Source: Treponemataceae bacterium
GTDB lineage: Bacteria > Spirochaetota > Spirochaetia > Treponematales > Rectinemataceae
DNA: 64,000 nt
NCBI GenBank assembly: GCA_963677895.2
Contig: CAXXGJ010000025.1
Span: 64,001-128,000 of the forward strand
Reading direction: 5' to 3'
In this document: one piece after another, positions 8,817 through 15,868 of the stretch
Layout: each line of letters opens with the position of its first letter
How positions within the stretch are numbered: the stretch's first letter is position 1
Notes under the pieces: generated by a model
Seen by the model: only the letters and a program-made list of their open reading frames with translations
The model's database searches: none
Told to the model about the DNA's origin: nothing
Translations under genes and position numbers: made by a program

Positions 8817-10846
8817 CTCCCCGCCCCTGCCGATGTCATATTACGGACAATCCCCAGAAGTTCGGGGAGAAGATAAGGTTTTTTCAGATAATGGTCGATT
8901 CCCAATTTATACGCTCTGGAAACGGATTTTTCATCCTTTCGATGGGACATCAGTATGAAAGGAATATCCTTGGTTCCCGATTTCCTCGAAAGGGCTTCCT
9001 TGAGCATGAGGCCGTCGATCTTGGGAACCATGAGTTCCGAGATGATGAGATCGTAGCCTTCCTCGCTTATTTTTTTCAGGGCTTCGGCGCCGTCTTCGGC
9101 TACGGCGACGGAATAATCGGCATTCTCGAGAAATGTCCTGATGACGCCCGCGTTTACGGCATCGTCGTCGATGATCAAAATTTTCGCCTTGGATTCGACC
9201 TCCGTCCCGACCTCGGACGACGAACATATGGTATCGCCGCCGCGCCGCCGCGCCCAACGCAAACGCCTCAAGCCGATCTCGTAGAGCGAAGCCCCGGCCT
9301 CGGCGGAATCCATGATCGACGACCTGATTTCGGCTATCGCGACGAGGCCGATGGATATGGTGACCGGCTCTATGAAGGACCTGGAGATCTCGACATTCTT
9401 CCTAATTTGCTCGCAGAGATCATTCGCTTCATGGAAGACGATGCGCGGCATCCAGATCGCGAAGGTCGCCCCATGCAGGCGGAAAACAGGCTGGCTCGCT
9501 GTCTTGTGTTCGAGCATGATCCTGGTAACGCCCTTGAGGACAGCCTCCACTTCGCGCGGGCCGTATTGATATTCGATTGTGGAAATAGTGTCATCGATGC
9601 CGATAACGGCCAGGACATCGTCTTCCATCCCTTCCGCGTTCAGCGAAAGCGAGGCTTGCTCGTCGATGAAATTTCGGAAGAAAGCTTCGTTGTATAGTCC
9701 GGTGGTGGTGTCCCGCAGCTGGGATTCGTTCGCTTGGCCGTAAGCCTGCATGAGCTGTTCGTTCAGCTGCCTGAGTCTGGCGACTTCCTGCCCAAGCTCT
9801 TCGAAATTCCGCTCCGATTCCTTCAGGATGGATGCGTATATCCCGGGACGCTTTATGCCGAATTCCTCGCAGAGTTTGGCCACGAAAGGTTCCAGCAGGG
9901 TCAGAGCGGAATGGCCCTGCACCAGATAAATAGTGTCGGCGAGCCTGTTCCACAGGTCCAAGCCCATCGGCGCTGCGTTGACGATGGCGCCGGTCTCAGG
10001 GTCCAATTCAAGCCCAAGCTTGAGGGCAACCGTATCGGCAAACTTCCGGCCATAAACGGCGGAAAAACGCGCCAAAAGCTGCTTGGACGGCTCAAGGGAC
10101 TCACTGGAATCGCCCAGGTTTTTTTTGGGGAAACCCAGCAAAGTGCCGCATTCCAGGGTTCTCAGCGCGTCGATATACGTCTTGATGTCGCGATTGATGA
10201 TCGATCCATGCTGGGGAAGAATGGCGGCGAGTTCGAGACAGGAGAAGATTTCCATTACCGGTCCCAATATTTCGTGGGAGGGCATGTAATGTTCATGGAA
10301 GGTTTTCATCCCATCCAAATAGTCTTTCCCCGCATAGAGCGACCACTCGGGCGTAAAAGCGCCGAAAAGGTCGCTGGAAAGAAGTAATTTAGCCTGTCTA
10401 TCGTAGGTCGCGATCGCGCCGGGAAAATGAAGATAAGCCGTCGGTATGAAGCGCAGCGCTCTCCCCGAGGCAAGGGTGAGAAGATACCCATGCTCATCCA
10501 CCAAGTAGACGGGCGATTGGATCCCATAGAAACGAACAAGCGTCCAGGTTCTCCAGTGCGTTACGATGGTGAAGCGCATTCCGAGCGCCTCTAGGTGAGG
10601 CACCGCCGAAGCGAGATCGGGATCCTGATGGGACAGCACTACATATTTGACTTTTTCGAGCGGTATTATGGAGGCGATATTGGCCGCCACCTCCCCGACA
10701 TCGAGGACCGATCCAGGGTCGAACAGGACGGCTTCTTCTCCCTCGACGAGCAAATAGGGATTGCACTGAAGACTATCGGTTGCGGCCCGGGCGCCGACCC
10801 AGTAATAGCCTGACCCAAGGGATTCGCCCCCGCTTCCTGACGCCAT
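8813..10846 (-). CDS. ODP-like metallo-beta-lactamase di-iron sensor + degenerate GGDEF + pseudo-receiver protein
   Basis: SHQDPDL, LHFPG, SSDLFG, FHEHYMPS and PQHG ligand motifs. DTTTGLYN opens the GGDEF-like domain, whose signature is replaced by HGATF. REC domain has IIDDD and KKP, but Glu at the phospho-acceptor position (IISELMVP). CAGGAG RBS before ATG 10846. Confidence 0.82.
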   Translation of the reverse strand: MASGSGGESLGSGYYWVGARAATDSLQCNPYLLVEGEEAVLFDPGSVLDVGEVAANIASIIPLEKVKYVVLSHQDPDLASAVPHLEALGMRFTIVTHWRTWTLVRFYGIQSPVYLVDEHGYLLTLASGRALRFIPTAYLHFPGAIATYDRQAKLLLSSDLFGAFTPEWSLYAGKDYLDGMKTFHEHYMPSHEILGPVMEIFSCLELAAILPQHGSIINRDIKTYIDALRTLECGTLLGFPKKNLGDSSESLEPSKQLLARFSAVYGRKFADTVALKLGLELDPETGAIVNAAPMGLDLWNRLADTIYLVQGHSALTLLEPFVAKLCEEFGIKRPGIYASILKESERNFEELGQEVARLRQLNEQLMQAYGQANESQLRDTTTGLYNEAFFRNFIDEQASLSLNAEGMEDDVLAVIGIDDTISTIEYQYGPREVEAVLKGVTRIMLEHKTASQPVFRLHGATFAIWMPRIVFHEANDLCEQIRKNVEISRSFIEPVTISIGLVAIAEIRSSIMDSAEAGASLYEIGLRRLRWARRRGGDTICSSSEVGTEVESKAKILIIDDDAVNAGVIRTFLENADYSVAVAEDGAEALKKISEEGYDLIISELMVPKIDGLMLKEALSRKSGTKDIPFILMSHRKDEKSVSRAYKLGIDHYLKKPYLLPELLGIVRNMTSAGAGR

Positions 10847-10994
10847 CGCGTACTCCTGCCCTACTGATGTTATAGTTTGGCTCAATTCACGGCATAACAC
10901 CGCTATCCCGTGATAATACAGCGTTCAACTTCAATAATAATGCATAATGATACGCTTAGTAAGGCTTTTTACTGTTTGTCCCTGCATATTTCAT

Positions 10995-11023
10995 TTGACA
11001 GCAAAAAAGGGCAAGGGTATGCT
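10995..11023 (+). promoter_or_regulatory. Sigma70-type promoter of cstA
   Basis: TTGACA (10995-11000), 17-bp spacer, TATGCT (11018-11023); AGGAGG RBS at 11041-11046. Confidence 0.75.
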
Positions 11024-11051
11024 ACTTTATCCGTTTTTGCAGGAGGACTGC

Positions 11052-12752
11052 ATGAGTACTATCATTGCCTTGGCCGCGATCGCAATCTATGTCGTTTTCT
11101 ACTTCACCTACGGCAAAAAGATCCGCGACAACGTGCTCAAGAGCGAAAAAGCCCCCGAGGCCCCATCGAAGAGGCTATCGGATGGCGTCGACTACGTTCC
11201 GACGTCCAAGTACGTCCTGTTCGGCCATCACTTCGCCTCGATAGCCGGAGCGGGACCGATCACCGGCCCGGCTATGGCCGTGGCTTGGGGCTGGCTCCCC
11301 GGCTTGCTGTGGATCTGGTTCGGCAACATCTTCCTTGGCGCCATCCACGACTACCTCTCGCTCGTGGCCTCCGTCCGTTATGACGGTCGCTCGATGCAGT
11401 TCGTAGCCCAGGATGTGATCGGGAAGAAAGCCGGCAAGACCTTCAGCTGGTTCATTCTCTTCCTCACCATCCTCGTCGTGGCGGCTTTCGGCGACATCGT
11501 CGCGGGACAGTTCGCCGCTGACGGACGCGTATTCTTCTCCTTCGTCTTCTTCTGCGTAGCGGCCTTCGTCGCCGGCTTCGCCATGTACAGATCCAAGCTG
11601 GGCTTGGGAAAGGGCACACTGATCGGCCTCGCCCTCATCATCGTGGCCTTTTTCTGCGGAAACCTGCTCCCCGTAAAGTGGGCTAAGGATGTCTACTTTC
11701 TCATCATCTTCGTCTACATCGTCCTCGCGTCGACCTTGCCGGTCAACCTGCTTCTGCAGCCGCGCGACTACCTCTCCTCTTTCTTCCTCTATTTCGGCCT
11801 CATCGTCGGCGGTTACGCCGCTATCTCGAGCGGCAAAGCCCTGGACGCCATCCCGGCCTTCACGACCTTCAGCGCCAAGCTGATCGGCCCCGCCGGCAAC
11901 CTCCAGCCCTCGCCCTTCTGGCCCTGCGTGCCGCTCATCATAGCCTGCGGCGCCCTTTCTGGATTCCATTCTCTCGTGGCGGCCGGAACCTCTTCCAAGC
12001 AGCTTAGAGAGGAAAAAGACGCTCTCTTTGTCGGTTATGGCGCCATGCTCGTAGAAGGCTTCCTCGCCACCCTCGTCCTGATTTCTATCGCCGGATGGGG
12101 CGTCCTCGCGATGGGCGACAAGGTGATGGCCACGCCTGCCCTTGGCCGCTTCGTCAATTCCTTCGCCAAGATGGTCAGCATGCAGATTCCCTTCATGGGC
12201 GAAAGCTTCATGAGACTTTTCGCCGCGGTCTGGGTATCCACCTTCGCACTCACGACTCTCGACACGACGAACCGCCTCGGCCGCTACATCATGCAGGAAA
12301 TGGCCGAACCCTTGAAGGACAAGAGCCCAGTAATCTACGGCATCTTCCACAACAAGTGGGTAGCCTCCATACTCATCGCCTTCATCGGCCTCTTCCTCGC
12401 GCGCTCCGGCGGCTACACGGTCATATGGCCGGCATTCTCCGGCGCCAACCAGCTTCTGGCCTCGGTCGCCATGCTCACTGTCGCCATCTGGGTCAACAAG
12501 AAGCTCAACGCGAAGTTCGTCCTCGCGACGGTGCTTCCCGCCCTGCTGCTCTGGGTGACCGTCGTCTGCGCCCTTGTCTGGTATGAAATCGTGATCATCC
12601 CCGTATTCTTCATCGATATGGCCAAAACCATGAACGTCATCACCGGCACTGTGGTCGGCGTCATGAACCTTTTGATGATCATCCTCTCCTTCGTGATGCT
12701 GTTCGCGTTCAGGAAACAGTGGAACGCGAAAAACGCGATGGAAAAAGCCTGA
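11052..12752 (+). CDS. cstA: Carbon starvation protein A family transporter (peptide/pyruvate)
   Basis: DGVDYVPTSKYVLFGHHFASIAGAGPI, LLQPRDY, IACGALSGFHSLV, TTLDT and WPAFSGANQLLA motifs; many TM segments. Confidence 0.95.
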   Translation: MSTIIALAAIAIYVVFYFTYGKKIRDNVLKSEKAPEAPSKRLSDGVDYVPTSKYVLFGHHFASIAGAGPITGPAMAVAWGWLPGLLWIWFGNIFLGAIHDYLSLVASVRYDGRSMQFVAQDVIGKKAGKTFSWFILFLTILVVAAFGDIVAGQFAADGRVFFSFVFFCVAAFVAGFAMYRSKLGLGKGTLIGLALIIVAFFCGNLLPVKWAKDVYFLIIFVYIVLASTLPVNLLLQPRDYLSSFFLYFGLIVGGYAAISSGKALDAIPAFTTFSAKLIGPAGNLQPSPFWPCVPLIIACGALSGFHSLVAAGTSSKQLREEKDALFVGYGAMLVEGFLATLVLISIAGWGVLAMGDKVMATPALGRFVNSFAKMVSMQIPFMGESFMRLFAAVWVSTFALTTLDTTNRLGRYIMQEMAEPLKDKSPVIYGIFHNKWVASILIAFIGLFLARSGGYTVIWPAFSGANQLLASVAMLTVAIWVNKKLNAKFVLATVLPALLLWVTVVCALVWYEIVIIPVFFIDMAKTMNVITGTVVGVMNLLMIILSFVMLFAFRKQWNAKNAMEKA

Positions 12753-12830
12753 CCGATTAATTCGGGTCTGGCGGCGCGTTCATGACGCCTCGCGTCGAAG
12801 ACGCGCCGCCGGATAAGTCAGCCAAAGTCC

Positions 12831-12862
12831 AGCCGGACGGCATCGAGCCGTCCGGCTTTTTT
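12831..12862 (+). terminator. Intrinsic terminator after cstA
   Basis: agccggacggc-atcga-gccgtccggct stem-loop followed by a T run. Confidence 0.8.
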
Positions 12863-12886
12863 ACGGATACGGAGATTTGCGCAAGC

Positions 12887-12915
12887 TTGCTGATAAAAGT
12901 CCGCGGTAGTATAGT
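12887..12915 (+). promoter_or_regulatory. Candidate promoter for the ArsA/Get3 module
   Basis: TTGCTG, 17-bp spacer, TATAGT immediately after the cstA terminator. Confidence 0.5.
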
Positions 12916-12972
12916 CATGGGTGTTCCCGAAGGAACGGGCGGTCAAAGATACTAATTTTCAAGGGAGTCGAG

Positions 12973-13254
12973 ATGCCTCAAAGTATCGGACATATCATCA
13001 AATCGGCAATCCATATCGCCACCCAGATAAACCGAGAAAGGGCAACCGGCCTTATCGAATTCGAAGAAAAGGAACTCGAGAATATTTTCGCGCTCCTTAT
13101 CCTAGGCGGTTTCGCGGGGCTTCCCTCCCCCCCCTCCCCGATAGCCATCGAACTGCTTCCCTATATGGAAAAAGAGCTCATAATGCTGCTATCGCGAACC
13201 GATCTGGCACAGGATCCCATCGGGGTTCTCGCCGGCATGTTCGAGATGGGCTAA
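12973..13254 (+). CDS. Small CstA/ArsA-associated protein (cory-CC-star-like)
   Basis: 93 aa with ELENIFALLILGGFAGLPSP...IELLPY, resembling (from memory) small proteins encoded between cstA and arsA-like genes; AGGGAG RBS. Confidence 0.65.
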   Translation: MPQSIGHIIKSAIHIATQINRERATGLIEFEEKELENIFALLILGGFAGLPSPPSPIAIELLPYMEKELIMLLSRTDLAQDPIGVLAGMFEMG

Positions 13255-13267
13255 GGTAGGAGCCATC

Positions 13268-14215
13268 ATGAACAGCACGGCTTTTTTCCTGGGCAAGGGC
13301 GGAGTAGGCAAGACCACCCTTTCGAGCGCCTTTGCCCTCACGCTCGCCAGACGAGGCGCTAAAGTGCTCATCGCCTCGCTCGACCCGGCGCACAATCTGG
13401 GCGACGCCCTCGACATAAGCCTGAACGGCAACGTCAAGACGGTCGAGCCTAACTTGGACGCCCTCGAGGTCGATCTCGCCTATTGGGTGGACAAATACCT
13501 CGACGACAGCCGCAAACAGCTGAAAGCCAATTATTCCTACAATGTCACGCTGAACCTGGACTCTTTCTTCAACATCCTGAAGTATTCGCCCGGCACTGAG
13601 GAATACGCCGTGCTTTGGGCGATTGAGGATATCCACTGCAGGCTTGGCCCTCTCTACGACATCGTCGTCTTCGATACGCCGCCCACGGCCCTCTCCCTGC
13701 GCTTTCTCTCCCTGCCCACGATTTCGGGGCTCTGGGTCAAGGAACTGAGCAAGCTGAGAGAAAAAATCCTCGCGAAACGGCAGACGATCACCCGCCTCAA
13801 TCCCGAATCCCCCGTCGCCGCGAGCTGCGTCGACAAGGATGACGACAAGGTATACGGACAGCTCAACACTATCGGGGCAAGACTCCGAAAACTGGAGCAC
13901 CTCTTCGCCAAGGAAAGTTTCCTCAGCGTCATCGTTAACCCGGACCAGCTCTCGGTCGATGAAGCCTTGCGGATCCAGGATGAACTGACCAAGTTGGGTA
14001 TTCCGCTATCGGCGGTCTGCGTCAACAAGCAGGGCGTGTCCGATATGATATGGGAGCAGAATCCCTCCCTTGCCCGATATCCGCAGTTCATCTACGATTT
14101 TTCGCGCGGAGGCATTTCGACGAGGGAGAACCTCCTCACTATCGGCGCCGGACCTATCGCGGATCACTTCCTGAAAACCGTTCAAAATCCAACAACCGAG
14201 AGGAAGAAAAAGTAA
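13268..14215 (+). CDS. Single-domain ArsA/Get3 (TRC40) family ATPase
   Basis: Deviant Walker A GKGGVGKTT, switch I DPAHNL, switch II DTPPT; 315 aa equals one ATPase domain. Confidence 0.92.
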   Translation: MNSTAFFLGKGGVGKTTLSSAFALTLARRGAKVLIASLDPAHNLGDALDISLNGNVKTVEPNLDALEVDLAYWVDKYLDDSRKQLKANYSYNVTLNLDSFFNILKYSPGTEEYAVLWAIEDIHCRLGPLYDIVVFDTPPTALSLRFLSLPTISGLWVKELSKLREKILAKRQTITRLNPESPVAASCVDKDDDKVYGQLNTIGARLRKLEHLFAKESFLSVIVNPDQLSVDEALRIQDELTKLGIPLSAVCVNKQGVSDMIWEQNPSLARYPQFIYDFSRGGISTRENLLTIGAGPIADHFLKTVQNPTTERKKK

Positions 14216-14841
14216 TGGAAACGACATATTTGATTCCGCTTCTGCTTCTGGGCATCGCCGGCAGCACACAGTATTTCCTGGGTTCCAAGAAAAACAGATG
14301 GCTCGGGAAGCAAATGTCCATCCAGGCCGAAAACGTCTTCAAACCCAGGGATACGGAGTACGTCAATATCGGGGGCGTGATAGGCCACAACTTCATATAC
14401 AAGCTCCGCGATCCCTGGAAAGAAGCCAAGGGATCGTTCATCTTCATCCCCAGACATTCTCTCCTCTACGTTCCCTTTTCTTACCTCATCGGCAGCCGCG
14501 ACCGTTTCCTCTTCAACCTTTTCACGGACAAGAAACTGGCGGGAGAAGGCCATATCGTGGAGAAGAGCCATCTCAGGCGCACGAAGATCGACGGCATAGC
14601 GCAGATGGAACGCGAGGAAATTGAATGCGGAGGCAAGACCTTCGTTCTCCTCTGGCGAGATGCCGCCATGCTTGCCGCCTTGAAAAGGACCCTTGAGGCC
14701 ATGCCCGATCCCGCGACGCTCGCGCATTTCTGCTGTTACGACGACAATAAAACTTTTTTCCTGTATCTGAAGCCCCGCAAGGGAGCGATCGAGGCGAATC
14801 TTAAAAAATTCCTGGAACTCTGCCCCGAGTATTTCCGATAA
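14215..14841 (+). CDS. Membrane-anchored hypothetical protein (possible CCDC47/DUF1682-like)
   Basis: TAATG overlap with the ATPase stop; N-terminal TM followed by YFLGSKKNRWL and FIPRHSLLY motifs. The family resemblance is judged by eye only. Confidence 0.7.
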   Translation: METTYLIPLLLLGIAGSTQYFLGSKKNRWLGKQMSIQAENVFKPRDTEYVNIGGVIGHNFIYKLRDPWKEAKGSFIFIPRHSLLYVPFSYLIGSRDRFLFNLFTDKKLAGEGHIVEKSHLRRTKIDGIAQMEREEIECGGKTFVLLWRDAAMLAALKRTLEAMPDPATLAHFCCYDDNKTFFLYLKPRKGAIEANLKKFLELCPEYFR

Positions 14842-14853
14842 AAGGAGGCCGCG

Positions 14854-15126
14854 ATGGATCCCGAGATCAGAAAGAGAGTGGACGCGGTTCTCGCGAGGGT
14901 AAAAGAGCCGCAGTCCGACCTGCCCATCGTCGATTTAGGGCTGGTGTACAATGTCCGCTACAGTGAAAAGGAAAAAAGCATAGAACTGACACTCGCCATT
15001 GGGTATGCGGCGGGACACTGTCCAGCTTGCGTGGCTATTAATGGGGTCGTGGGCGCGGGGATAGCGCGCCGAGCCCTAGAGGAATTCCAGAAAGAATTCC
15101 CGGGATTTTCCATCGTAGTCGACTAA
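14854..15126 (+). CDS. DUF59 / FeS-assembly-P (metal-sulfur cluster biosynthesis) domain protein
   Basis: LARVKEPQSDLPIVDLGLVYNV motif followed by CPAC; AGGAGG RBS. Confidence 0.8.
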   Translation: MDPEIRKRVDAVLARVKEPQSDLPIVDLGLVYNVRYSEKEKSIELTLAIGYAAGHCPACVAINGVVGAGIARRALEEFQKEFPGFSIVVD

Positions 15127-15150
15127 AAACCCAAGCCTGCACGCGAAAAT

Positions 15151-15188
15151 GCCGCCTTTAAGTTTTTATAATGCGGCGGCTTTTTTTC
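15151..15188 (+). terminator. Probable intrinsic terminator of the ArsA/Get3 module
   Basis: gccgcc...ggcggc stem followed by T8; the loop is long. Confidence 0.55.
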
Positions 15189-15267
15189 TGCAACCAAGCG
15201 GAACCCCCGGGAGTATCCCTCTGAGTCAAGACAAGTCAATTTTGTCAGCCTCGCTTCGGAGGGAACC

Positions 15268-15441
15268 GTGTCCTGGGCTATCATGTATATTCTCGCGGCC
15301 ATCCTCGTCATTTCCCTCACCATCGCATGGACAAGGCTGTGGAAAAGCGCGAGGAATGCTCGTTTCGATCAGAGGATTCGCGTAGGCCATCAATGGAAAA
15401 CCTTCGAGGAGTTCCGGAAGCAGCATGAGGCGGAAAAATAG
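15268..15441 (+). CDS. Small single-TM protein (57 aa), not in the ORF track
   Basis: GGAGGG RBS, GTG start; MSWAIMYILAAILVISLTIAWTRLWKSARNARFDQRIRVGHQWKTFEEFRKQHEAEK*. Confidence 0.6.
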   Translation: MSWAIMYILAAILVISLTIAWTRLWKSARNARFDQRIRVGHQWKTFEEFRKQHEAEK

Positions 15442-15488
15442 TCAGCATTCTTCATTAAATATACTATAGTATTAATAAGGAGTATCAC

Positions 15489-15653
15489 ATGAAACTTCGT
15501 ACCAGAATCTTCGGAATCGTGGCGCTTGTATTCTTCGCCACCTCCGTCGCTTCCTGCGCCTTTCTCGAGAAGAAAAAGATTCTGCCACCCGGACAGGCCA
15601 AAAAGCTGACCGGACAGCAGAGCGCCGCCCCCCTCGCTCCTGGGAAAAAATAA
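15489..15653 (+). CDS. Small lipoprotein with PPGQAKK motif (54 aa), not in the ORF track
   Basis: AAGGAG RBS; MKLRTRIFGIVALVFFATSVASC signal and lipobox, then AFLEKKKILPPGQAKKLTGQQSAAPLAPGKK*; followed by a terminator. Confidence 0.8.
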   Translation: MKLRTRIFGIVALVFFATSVASCAFLEKKKILPPGQAKKLTGQQSAAPLAPGKK

Positions 15654-15675
15654 GCTTTCCAGATCAATTTTGCTG

Positions 15676-15720
15676 AAAAAGCCATTCTATCGGCATCAGG
15701 CCGGGGGAATGGCTTTTTTT
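15676..15720 (+). terminator. Intrinsic terminator (possibly bidirectional)
   Basis: aaaaagccattc...gaatggcttttttt inverted repeat. Confidence 0.7.
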
Positions 15721-15751
15721 ACGGCCCAGTTCAAATAATTCCGATTCTTCA

Positions 15752-15826
15752 TTGACAGCCAGTTAAGACTGTGGGAATATATGCTCATTATTTTGTATTT
15801 ATGGTAAATTTCTACCATATATTTCC
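15752..15826 (+). promoter_or_regulatory. opp promoter region with palindromic operator candidate
   Basis: TTGACA at 15752-15757; inverted repeat tatggta-aatttc-taccata at 15800-15819. Confidence 0.5.
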
Positions 15827-15868
15827 AGTTTAGTCATCTTCACTGCGGCGGTTCAGGAGGAAACGGCA

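Noticed and set aside
8813..10846. Active diguanylate cyclase or beta-lactamase
   Set aside because: The GGDEF signature is replaced by HGATF; the MBL fold has ODP-type HQDPD rather than the HxHxDH motif.
11175..12350. 391-aa acidic minus-strand ORF
   Set aside because: Antisense shadow of hydrophobic cstA codons.
13268..14215. Arsenic-resistance operon
   Set aside because: The ATPase is single-domain and no arsR, arsB/acr3, arsC or arsD is present.
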